Positions 53,334 through 64,000 of a stretch of 64,000 bases of DNA are shown one piece after another; the first letter of the stretch is position 1; each line of letters opens with the position of its first letter. The notes under the pieces were generated by a model, which worked only from the letters and a program-made list of their open reading frames with translations, had not been told where the DNA came from and did not search any database. Origin of the DNA: Phoronis australis (Eukaryota; Animalia; Phoronida); NCBI GenBank assembly GCA_002633005.1, contig NMRA01000211.1, positions 412,262 to 476,261 on the forward strand. Direction: 5' to 3'. Position numbers and translations under genes: made by a program.

Positions 53334-53420
53334 GTGGAAAACTTCACCATTTCCAAGGATTTCTGTTCTGTAGAAGTTGCTGAGGTCGTCACAATGACAA
53401 AACGGGAACTTCCTGAGAAG
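53334..53420 (+). CDS. ELP5: ELP5 exon 5
   Basis: tttcag|VENFTISKDFCSVEVAEVVTMTKRELPEK|gtatat; phase 0/0 (compare WFSILPDF). Confidence 0.75.
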
Positions 53421-54614
53421 GTATATTCCCCAGTCAGTATTTTGAGTTCTGACGGTAACGATAAGTTTAAAATATTGAATACAATTGTGATTCAAATGTC
53501 AGTATTAATAAATCATTGTGCATTGTTTCCCTCTCAAACAAAACTAAAATGCAAGTCTATACTGTCTAGTGGCTAATTATGTGCACTGTTGACACAGGTT
53601 AGCTTTACAAAAATTTATTGTGTTGTTTGGCATTGTGCCATGTTTCTGACTCTGATATTGATTTTTTTGGAAGGACAAAACTTTGACATTACCATATGCA
53701 CCCGGTTTGATGTTTTTTTTGCCTTGACAATGCCCAGCCCATGATTTTCCAAACCATTACCCTTAAGTGCTGTCCACTCACGGACTTACCCTAGAGCATG
53801 TTTATCTTGGAACAAGCTGCCATTTGGTTCGGAAGATGTGTGTATGCTATTTAAACTAGTGTCACTTCCCCCTTTGTGACAACTTACTCGCAACTTATCG
53901 AGGTAGGATAATTTGTTCTTTGGTAACTTGTGCCACATCTAATCACTGAGTGGCCACAAACATGAGGCAAGGCAGAAGTAATTATCAGCTGGGTTTACAT
54001 AGAGACGGGTCTTCTTTTGCGCGCCATATTCACGTCAGCTGTTCGTTGTCATGCACAATGCGACAACTTCGGCTTTACCTTAGTTATAGAATATGAGTGT
54101 GTGGACGCTCCAGTTAAAAGTTGGGTAAGTTACATTGGTGCAAGTTGTTGAATGTGTGAACAAAACTTTAACCAGTTATACTCCCGCTGCTAATTTGTCT
54201 TGTTGGGATATTTAGTCCCTTCAGGAGCCATATCAGATTACTCACATTTCAGCTTCAAAAAGCTTGCAGTTTACTTGCCTGCATTCTGCTGCTTGTTATT
54301 CAACTATTGCACTTGAAATTGGTAACATCAATGCAAATCTCTGACTGTTAACAAGAATTAGCATTCAGGGTAAATCCCCAATTGTGATTTGGAAACCTTG
54401 ATTTTAAAAAAGACACGATAAAATGTCTTACCGCCCCTTTTTTTTCAATTGAAATGCCCTGAGCATTCATAGGCTACTTGTAGTAAACTCACTGAATTAA
54501 TTAAAAAGTTGCAATATTATCACTTTTTAAAATCCAACATGTTACCTATTAAACTACTTTTGGTTTTAAAAAAGTACTGTCAGACTGTCATGACAAACCA
54601 TGTTACTAAGTAAT

Positions 54615-56035
54615 ACAAGAGCAACGCAGAGCGTTGAAATGTGCCCACAATTGCACCGCATACGGTATCCTTCTAGGGTTGTTTATTGGTACCATAAAGT
54701 GGCCAGTAGAGGGCATATATGTAGTATGTTGTACTTTGCAAAATGGAAAGGCATGGTCATTGTCTCCTCAATAGGCTAGGGGCAAAATGTGAGTAATCTT
54801 CATAATACAAGCACATCCTATACACCAGTTGCTTAAAGCANNNNNNNNNNNNNNNNNNNNNNNNNNNNNNNNNNNNNNNNNNNNNNNNNNNNNNNNNNNN
54901 NNNNNNNNNNNNNNNNNNNNNNNNNNNNNNNNNNNNNNNNNNNNNNNNNNNNNNNNNNNNNNNNNNNNNNNNNNNNNNNNNNNNNNNNNNNNNNNNNNNN
55001 NNNNNNNNNNNNNNNNNNNNNNNNNNNNNNNNNNNNNNNNNNNNNNNNNNNNNNNNNNNNNNNNNNNNNNNNNNNNNNNNNNNNNNNNNNNNNNNNNNNN
55101 NNNNNNNNNNNNNNNNNNNNNNNNNNNNNNNNNNNNNNNNNNNNNNNNNNNNNNNNNNNNNNNNNNNNNNNNNNNNNNNNNNNNNNNNNNNNNNNNNNNN
55201 NNNNNNNNNNNNNNNNNNNNNNNNNNNNNNNNNNNNNNNNNNNNNNNNNNNNNNNNNNNNNNNNNNNNNNNNNNNNNNNNNNNNNNNNNNNNNNNNNNNN
55301 NNNNNNNNNNNNNNNNNNNNNNNNNNNNNNNNNNNNNNNNNNNNNNNNNNNNNNNNNNNNNNNNNNNNNNNNNNNNNNNNNNNNNNNNNNNNNNNNNNNN
55401 NNNNNNNNNNNNNNNNNNNNNNNNNNNNNNNNNNNNNNNNNNNNNNNNNNNNNNNNNNNNNNNNNNNNNNNNNNNNNNNNNNNNNNNNNNNNNNNNNNNN
55501 NNNNNNNNNNNNNNNNNNNNNNNAAAACTGCCACTAGGAGGCGCCACAGTAGTCGAAATTGTCAGAAAATCATCGTCAACCGTCCTCTACATGGTAAGCA
55601 TATACATGCCAATTTTCACAATCATCCTTTGAGCGGTTTGTTTGATAGAGGGGTGGACGCACAAAAAAACACTAAAAATTGCCACTAGGTGGCGCAAACT
55701 ACGTCGAATCCATCTGAAAACGACAGGATAGCGTCATCTCACTAATACGTGCCTACATACCAAATTTCACGAAAATCCGTTCAGGACTTTTGAAGATACA
55801 AAGGTAAGCGTAAAAAACTAAAATTGCCACTAGGGGGCACACCGGTAGTCGGATCCGTCCAAAAGTTCGCACATGCCGTCCCATTCATGAATGGAACATA
55901 TGTGCCAAATTTCATGAACGTATGTCAAAGGGTTTTGGAGATAGAGCAGCGGACGCCGCCCGGACGGACGGACGGACGGACGGACAGAGATGACAGCATA
56001 ATGCGTCCACATATAAATATGTGGGCGCATAAAAA
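54615..56035 (-). mobile_element. HINE/pearl-like element with ~150-bp CTCF-motif subunits and (GGAC)n, spanning an assembly gap
   Basis: acaagag plus caacgc-aga-gcgttg hairpin plus atgtgcccac subTIR at the left; atgcgtccacatat-aa-atatgtgggcgcat hairpin at 56001-56030; GGAC microsatellite. Confidence 0.75.
54841..55523. other. Assembly gap (N run)
   Basis: Run of n. Confidence 1.
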
Positions 56036-56320
56036 TTGATGCATTTACGTAAAAGTTGTGTTGCTGAAGTCACTGTCACTGAAAGGTATCTTTATAATGT
56101 ACGAAAATAAGGTTGCTAAAAGTCATGAGACTTACTGTAAAGCTTGAACTGCATTGTTGTTAAGTTTGAATATGCTGATGATAGTGACTGGTGCACTGTA
56201 GTTTGTTGGTGGTTTTGAAATGTTGTACTAGGAATGCCATTCTGGGGTTTTTATCATTCCTTTGACACATTTCTTAGAGACTTCCACGTGAGTGATTGAT
56301 ATCATTTACATTGCATGCAG

Positions 56321-56424
56321 GTCACAGACCCTACAGCAAATTTAACCTTCAACCTGACCTTGACAGAGACTGAGAAACAGGCCAGGGAACAGTTACAGCT
56401 TCCGTTTGTCAAAATACACAACCA
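56321..56424 (+). CDS. ELP5: ELP5 exon 6
   Basis: VTDPTANLTFNLTLTETEKQAREQLQLPF, the ELP5 signature DPTxxLTFNLxLxxxExxARxxLxLPF. Confidence 0.95.
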
Positions 56425-57342
56425 GTAAGTAACAATAGTTTTGGTGTTCGTGACACGCTTCTCTGTGTTCTCAACAAAAGTACTTTCCATTTCAGCGTTG
56501 CTGGCTATTACTCTCATTTGATTGCCCAGAGCTTTGTTTGAGAACTGAAAAATCATCTGTGTTTTCAAGACCTCTATCAGTTTGTTTTTCTCAATTATTC
56601 TTTACTGCATTCCATTCCTCAGTGAAAATGACCTTGCTCTTAGTGAAGAAAAAAAGTGGAGGGCCACCAGGCACTAAATTGGCTGCTGGTTGATCAAAGC
56701 GCATTGTAAAGCTTTTCTCCAAATGTTCTCAGAGTTTAGTACATCCCCCTCCCTTCCTCCCTCAAAAGTCTACAAAAATGGCAACATTTTTATGAGGTCC
56801 ATGTTTTTTGTTCCTGTTATGCAAGTGAGCTTCAAAGTCTTATGCCAGTGTTTTGAAATATTTTACACCACCTAGTGGATAATATTGAAAATTTTTACCC
56901 TATTTTGGCATCCCTCTATGCGTCAAGTCACTCATTGAATCAGTATGAAAATTGCCAAATGTGTTCCTTAATCCCCAAATAAAAGAAGCCTATTGTAAAC
57001 ACAACCAGTAAGAACCATTCATAGTTATCAGAAGGGAAATGCGATGTAATGCCTAATGACTTATTATGCATCGAAATAATTTCCAAAATTGTCATTTTTC
57101 TATCCTACAAGAACATGTTCAAAATATTGCAGGTTTATTTTGACTTGGGGTCTATCAGTTTATGCCCAAGTCACTAAGTTCGTGCAGCTGGCCTCATTTA
57201 ACTGACCATCTACTTGCAGGTTTGTTGTCAATTTTGCAATGCTTTTAACTGAATGTCAGTAATTGGGGAAAATTGTTGGGTTTAGATGTAACTGTCCTTT
57301 GGCTTACATGTGTATAACTTGTCTGTTTTTATTTTCTTCTAG

Positions 57343-57436
57343 AAAACATGGTGGGGGTGAATCACAGATATTCTATCAGCCAGATGAAGCAGATGACTTC
57401 GATGAAGAAGACCCAGATGATGACCTTGACATTTAG
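57343..57436 (+). CDS. ELP5: ELP5 last exon
   Basis: KHGGGESQIFYQPDEADDFDEEDPDDDLDI*, the conserved ELP5 C-terminus; joined CDS is 852 nt (283 aa). Confidence 0.96.
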
Positions 57437-58207
57437 TTGTGTACAATGAGGTCAATAAGGTCATAGACTTGAGCTAAAGTATTTCAAACTGGTACATGAA
57501 CAAGTGGAGATAGTTACTTTGTATGTACTGGCATATGGACACATCATTCAATATAAGCGAAGAGTATTGAGACAAAATCACCCAGAATTCCCCCCTCATG
57601 ATGGCTGTGTGAATTCTCTGTGGAATTCATCATCAGAGTAGTCTTCCCTCATGACCAAGAGTGACAAGAGGAAAGTTGGTAAGGTAGCTAAGCCATTGTG
57701 TAATCAGAATTTTCCCTAATTACTAGTAACTTATGCTGTTTGCAAGTTTAGCTGTCGTGATGGGAAAACAGTATTTTGTCTTATTACTTTTGTGTTGTCC
57801 TGTAGCTGCCTAAAATTGTTGATAGCAAAGGCCGAAGGTTTCGTTTGATGATTAGCAGACGGCATCTTAATCAGTAAATGTTGTTCCTTGAATTTTGTTC
57901 ATCTATTACCTGTCGTCATCTTCCTCTTTTCCCACCTTCTCGGGACTCATCCTCATTCCTCAAGTTCTTCATCCTGGTCATCCTTCATTGTCTTCATCAT
58001 GATTGACAGTCTTCCTTTCACTAAATTTTGTCAAGGTCTGTTGCTAACATCCAAGTTATGTGTCATTTTCTTTATGAATAGGGATTGACTTACCTATTTT
58101 CAAATCATCTTGAAATATACCAGGCACGTGATTAATGATTGGTTTATAATTAGGGAAATTTGTTGGATAGAAGGTAGAATATTATTTGATAAATGAACAT
58201 GTTATTC

Positions 58208-58541
58208 CATAGGCGATTTAGGTGGCGGGGGCAGGGGCTCCCCCCCTTGGTTGCTGCAAGCAAAATGAAATAGCAACAGCATGAAGCGTAAGGAAATATT
58301 GAGTTCAGTAACGAGGACTGGTAGCGGATGGGTGGATGGGGATCAGGCCCCAGACTGCGGCGGGATCGTTTTCCCGTTCTTTTTTAGTCTACCGATAGAT
58401 TTTGGGAACAGAAGGTGCACATCCTTGGCTCCTTTCAACTGTCCGCAACTATCGGGACGCCTGTGCACATACAATCGCGCCTTGTCCAATTGCCGATGCA
58501 ACATGTTGGGCCCCCACTTATAGTACCCTAGATCCACCACT
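58208..58541. mobile_element. MITE-like repeat in the probable ELP5 3'UTR (homolog of 2946-3230)
   Basis: Inverted homology to 2946-3230; lies before an AATAAA at 58683. Confidence 0.6.
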
Positions 58542-59832
58542 TTATACCATCACAGTCTGTAGTGGATTCTGAGTTAAGATGTTTGATTATTTGTGATACC
58601 TTGTCCTCATCACCATTTTTTAATTAAAAATGGATCTGCTCCATGTAGTTTGTACTTGAGAAGCCATGTTTTGCCCAATGTTAATAAAATTTTATCTTTT
58701 TTAGTATTATGTCCAAATGTTGGGAGGTATTAAAGTGAGGGAGAAAAGTTTTGGATGACTTGTCAAGTTTGTCCATGTCACTTTTGTTTGTGCATGTTAC
58801 AGTTTTTGTTATAATACATGAGCTTGACGTTTATATAAGAACACATTTTATTAGGTGTCATTTAACTGCTTGCTTGGCTGACTGAAGACATTGCCGTGTA
58901 GGTTCAGGTGAATAGTTTCTTTGATCTACCTTTTAACACAGCCTATTCCCTGTTGGAAGTTGCAGGTTGTCAACCTGGGACCTTACAGTTGTCAACGCAG
59001 CACTCTGACCTTTAGGCAACTAAGTGACCATTAAGGGAAATTCCCTATACTTACAGCTTCCTGCTGCCTAAGGAAGATGCAAGCAAGTGTGGATTAGCTG
59101 CTTTCTTGGCTTACTGAAGAAATTTTGGGGCTTCAGATGAATATCTTCCTTGATTTTTCTTTTAGTCCGTCTTGTGTGACTGTGGAATATGCAGATATTT
59201 TGGTGGTGGACTGTGGGTTTTAGGCGATCAGGCGCACAGTGTTTGCCGCAGAGATATAAAACAATGGAATCGTTGTTCCTGTGATTTTATGCCAAATCTT
59301 GCAATTCTCGCGGGTGTCTTCAGGCATTTTGTGTGTGTGTGTTTTACTTTGGAGGGTTGCCGTTCCTAATTACAAAGGATGAAACCATAGGGCTAATGTG
59401 GTTCTTCAGCGGAAAGATTCACCGCCTCTAACTCAACTGACTCGACCGCTGTGCTTCCATAAAAATCGACTGCAAAGATTCAAAGTACGATTCACAGTAA
59501 ATGAAAAGGCTAAATTGTCAAAAAAAAAAACGCCTTTCGGCGGCAATCGGTTACCGGGTTGTCGGTAGATAAGCCCCTGAGCGTGCTTCCGAAAAATCCT
59601 CCGGGCGTTTTAGTAACTCCAACTAAACACCCATAGATAAGCCTACCATTTGAAACGCAAGGGCGTTTACTTGGAAAAGGGGAAGGCGTGTAAACGGAAA
59701 GTCAAAGTTTTGACTTTGCAAACGGCAACATGTACCGCGATACCATTTCTGTGAAAGAAACAGCCTTCTGGGTGGATTGGTAATCTTTAAAATGAATGTT
59801 GTGAATACGTTAATACATGTAAACTACGTTAA

Positions 59833-61781
59833 AGGAAAATGCCACCCGATTTAATTAGTCATTTTTACGGTCTTAATCGGTCCATATCCACATCACCTCT
59901 TATAGGGACAAGGATCCATCTTACCTCGCCGAGAGGTGTCGCGTTAACCTGTGAGAAAAATGAGAAACGACGCAGTGACGTCAGTGGTTCTTCTGAAAAG
60001 TGAGTGTATCGTTCCCGCTCGTGCAAGCTATGAAGCTGCGAGGAAAGCGGGTACATCTTTTTTTTTTGATTTCCTCGAGAGCCCATAATGCTTCGAAAGT
60101 GGCTCGCGGTATTGAAGAATGAAAAGTACGTCGTTAATATTAAGTTTGAGGCCGTGAAACTTCTCCGTGTCTGTCAGTGGCCTGCATTGCGTCGGACCAG
60201 TTGTTGATCAGTTTTTTGTCATGGAGAATTGTAGTTGGCCATGAAAACAAACAATTACAATTAATTCAAGGCGTGAGAACATAACGTTTTATGTAACCTG
60301 TTTGATGATTGACTTGTTTTTGAGGCTTGTGTTTGGTCATCTGGGTCTAGGATGTTTTTGCCAGTTCTTTTTCTCAGCCCTAGAAAACTTGGTAAGCACA
60401 TCTGTGTTTAAATGTGGTGCAAACTCAGGATGGTCCGTGAGACGCATATGTTCTTTGTTTCACTTTCGGAATTTTGTGGCAGCAAACCCAAGCGTCATTC
60501 GTTTCCATTATCGTGCAGTTACCTCACTGACACCACGACAAGTCATTCAAACGGGTTTCGGAACTAAGCATATGTTCCGTTGTCTGTGCACATTCACGGA
60601 GCCTCTCTATTATTTCTTGATCGGTGTATTCCGATTCGAAGAGATAGCCTGTGAAACCTAACGACCGACCTGTGAAGTCTTCGCCGGATGAGCACTCGTC
60701 GAAGTCGGGATTGCGAGTTGCCACGTTGCGCGTTCTGTTTCAAAACGAATTATTCCTAACCTAACCAGTGCTTATATAAAACTGAAACAAAGTCTGTTTC
60801 ATTCGATACAATTTGTAATGCCTTTGGAGTATTCGTGAGTGCAAATGTTTTGAGAAGCCAGCAATGAATAAACCACTGGCGTTACAGTCTTTAGATACCA
60901 TGAACTAATTGACCAGTCACCGAGGCCGTGTGAGCGCATACTAAATTGGTGTTTGCTGACAAAAAGCTGTTGGGAAATAATAATTCGATTTTATATCTTA
61001 TGATCAGATGTTCGGGGAATCTTTATTTAAATATTCATTTACATTATTGGAATCCTTGTTTATTACTCTACATTTTTCCCTGATGGTTATGTGAAAGAGT
61101 AACCTGATTTCGCGACCCCCGACGAGCTATTAAGTAGATTTGCAGCTTCGCGGCTAATTCATCAAAATAATCACGTGCACAATTTTTCTTTGGCTCTCTT
61201 ATATAGTCTTTTCCTGACTGGAAGTTTAGTTTCCAACTTTGGCTGGTTTATGTACGTCAGTGATGTCTTGATTCCGGCCGCGATGGGCCTGATCCGTTTC
61301 CGAGCCTCTGGCCGGGATAGCAAGCGTTTTGTGTGTTTAGAATTGAAAGAAATTGCAAGTCTAAAATTACAACACACAGCTATGTTCCCCAGCCTGTATT
61401 TCACCGACGATTAACTTGAATTTATCACAAACCCTCATCTCTCGCGACCGACCTTGGTAAATTGGCTACGGTACGTTCAAATACCTAAAAATCCGTACCA
61501 GCGAAATAAAACAACACGTTTGTTCAATAACTCGGTGTATTTGTAAGGGTTTTACATCGAATTTTGGTGATTTATTGGTGTAAAACGATGAATTCAAACG
61601 ATAAGCTGACACCAGCACGCGTGTTGTGAACTGCTGAACAGACTGCATTCGAACCTCTGGCGTCATTGGTTAATTGGTTCGCAGTCAGGTGTCGGGTAAA
61701 AAAGCTGTACTTGCTGTTGTCTAGTGGAACTACTCGATCTAAATAGATACAAACTAGGTTAATTTTGGGTGGCATTCTCCT
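59833..61781. mobile_element. Kolobok-type DNA transposon (defective, 1949 bp)
   Basis: TTAA|AGGAAAATGCCACCC...GGGTGGCATTCTCCT|TTAA: 14/15 TIR match, TTAA TSD and AGG..CCT termini. Confidence 0.85.
60361..60724 (-). pseudogene. Decayed KolX / P2X7-ballast (nanor-like) Cys-rich protein gene
   Basis: GYLFESEY...RLNDLSWCQ*GNCTIMETNDAWVCCHKIP, then a frameshift to LTDHPEFAPHLNTDVL; GTG at the expected start. Confidence 0.7.
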
Positions 61782-63718
61782 TTAAGATGAAAGGCTAAAC
61801 ATCATTAAGCTTGGAAAACGAGTGACAGTTCATTCCACCGTCCTGTTGTCACAAAACGATGCAGGAAGTGGCCTTCAACATGAAAGCCGGTTGCACGATT
61901 GCACAAAAAGCAGCAAAATGAAGGTAATCAATTTCAACATTAGGCCCTCTCTCCTTGTGCGGCCCCTTTAAAATTTGTCAATAAAAACACAAAAAGGGTG
62001 GTCAATTGAATATCATCAATGCCCTCCTTCAAGGTCGGGGCCCCTAAATATGAAAATATCTTCACTTTTTCTAAAATAATGAAATGCGCAGCAATTGACG
62101 TTATCTGTCAAGCGGAGACCCTAACAATGTCCTGACCAGGGTCCTCAAAAGGTATACCATGCACTGTTGTTAAATGTTCTTTTAGAATTTTCTCTCTTAT
62201 CCGTATTTCGAAGTCTTTCTTTTCTCTATTGTCCCCAGCCCCACACCTAAGTCGGTTGCCAAGGTTTAACCCTGGCGCCTGAAAAATTTTGGGGGCCGTG
62301 CACCCCCGCCCCTCCCCCGCTTCCTACGGCCCTGAACTAGATATTCAGTTCTTAATTAACCGAGGAAACAGTTTCGTTTATGTATAGATTATTGCATGGC
62401 GAAGTCGTTATCTTCCGTTATCTAGAGCCCGAGTGGATTTTGGAGAATAATCGCCCGAGGGGCGTTAGCCCCGAGGGTGACGGAGAATTTGGTAGTCAGA
62501 CAGTTATCTGAGCTCTTGCAGAAGGGTCCAAGGCAGTGAGAATTCTCAACATACTTCTTTTATGAGACCGCTATACTGTCAAATTGCCACCGTTTGGGTG
62601 AAATAATCAATTTAGGGACCATAGTTGAGTCCCTAACAGTTTCATGCAACTTGGCAACGGTCTCCGGACTTCAGTGTCACAAGACATGTCTGTTGATGAA
62701 GCACTTGGGGTGAACAAAGCAATAATAGAAGTTCGGAAAGTTCTAAATGTTGCCAATTTGTTAGCGTTCACGAGGTTATATTCATTAACATACTACTTTT
62801 GAAAAGCAATTGGTGTACTATGCATATTCAACGATGGTGCTTATTTGAGTTGGAAACAAACGTCACGGTGGCCACCTTCCCACTCTCATTCAGACTTCCG
62901 GTAGTTACACGTCGGTCGCCTTGCCTAAAAGCAGAGATGTGTCAAAGGCGAAACAAAATGAAATTGTCGGCCACCTTTGACTAATTACTAGTGTAGCCAC
63001 TAGGAGAATCTCTGTCGTGTGTAAGTTTAACATTTTTAAGTGCATCCCAGTTAGACCTATGAAAGATTTGGAAACGTCTTATCAAATTCACTAGCCACAT
63101 TATCAGTTCGGTTATACATTTCTGGTTACAAATTTAATGACACAAATTGGCATTTTAATGCGTACAAAATAACTTACTTTGTGACGTTAAAACTTCTGGA
63201 AACATCGTTTACAGCTTCATTCCTTTACGGAACCGAATTTATTCGTTTTTAGATATTTCCGTGTTCAATTTGTAGAATAAACCAAAGTTAAACGTCAAAT
63301 ATCATGGGAATGTGCGACTTCAAACATGGAAACTTTTCACGTTGATGAAATTCATTAATTTGTGATTTCAAAAACATCCAAACCAACTTTCCCCCAGAAT
63401 TATCGAAAAATGGTGTTATAGGCTTCCTGCTTCGGCCCGACTCACTTCCAAGTACAGAAGTACCCTGAAGTTTGTTTAGTAGTATCTCAAAGACTGACCG
63501 TGTCAGAATAAATTTGGAGGTCAATCAATATCATTCCAACGCAATTGCAACAGTCTTATTGATAACAATAAACAAATACCAAAAACAAGTTTCAGCCGAG
63601 AACGAGAAACTCGCCTAAAAGGAAGATCCCGCGGGATCATGGTCAATCGGATTTACGCTAGTGAGAGGCAAAAATTTCAAAAGTATGCTCGGGTTCTCAT
63701 TAGAGTACTAGTACCAAA

Positions 63719-63786
63719 ATGGCGGATGCTGAAGTGATACACAAGTCCACAGTTCACGTGCGTTTTCCGAGCAACTGGATGAGGGA
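63719..63786 (+). CDS. Possible first exon of an unidentified gene running off the window
   Basis: caaaATGGCGG start context in CpG-richer DNA; MADAEVIHKSTVHVRFPSNWMR then GA|gtaagg. Confidence 0.4.
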
Positions 63787-64000
63787 GTAAGGTTTTTAAG
63801 TGCAAAATTTTTCAGTAAGTTGAGCCAATCCCAACGTATTCAGGATTGCTACAAACCCATTTTTTCTTACCGTTGACAACTACGTATGTTATCGGTAAAT
63901 ACAGTAGTCGGAAGTCTCTCTCGGGGAAAAAATTACATGCGCTAACTGCGAAGCGATACCGAAGCTAGTTTACAGTGAAACAACACGTGTAGATGAGATA

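Noticed and set aside
54768-55632. Long X-filled ORFs
   Set aside because: Artefact of the N gap. The ELP5 exon chain stays in frame without an exon there.
61940-62480. Transposon-end-like fragments (…cctacggccctg; gcccgagggg…ccccgaggg)
   Set aside because: No matching second terminus or TSD was found, so boundaries and class cannot be supported.

Overview
This is animal (invertebrate-type, AT-rich, intron-rich) genomic DNA, not prokaryotic. There are no CRISPR arrays, rRNA or operons. Three spliced protein-coding genes can be rebuilt by hand from GT-AG exons. (1) A divergent SHP2/PTPN11 (corkscrew)-family tandem-SH2 tyrosine phosphatase on + (exons 12580-30053). Its first coding exon is uncertain and the exon-8 equivalent is missing at an assembly N next to a 45-bp array. 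(2) A complete Cdc42 on - (CDS 40264-36216, 192 aa, ending CRLL). (3) A complete ELP5 on + (CDS 47045-57436, 283 aa), head-to-head with Cdc42. A possible first exon of a fourth gene sits at the right edge. Introns and intergenic DNA are full of non-autonomous DNA transposons (Helentron/HINE-like, Helitron, hAT-like, PIF/Harbinger-like, TAG..CTA MITEs, Kolobok). The main highlights are: a catalytically intact SHP paralog whose autoinhibitory interface, C-SH2, linker and tail are remodelled, including residues identical to human disease alleles; a Kolobok element carrying a decayed KolX/P2X7-ballast-like gene; and repeat families that spread CTCF motifs and housekeeping-promoter motif clusters. 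Comparisons with human proteins and exon sizes are from memory and need alignment to confirm.
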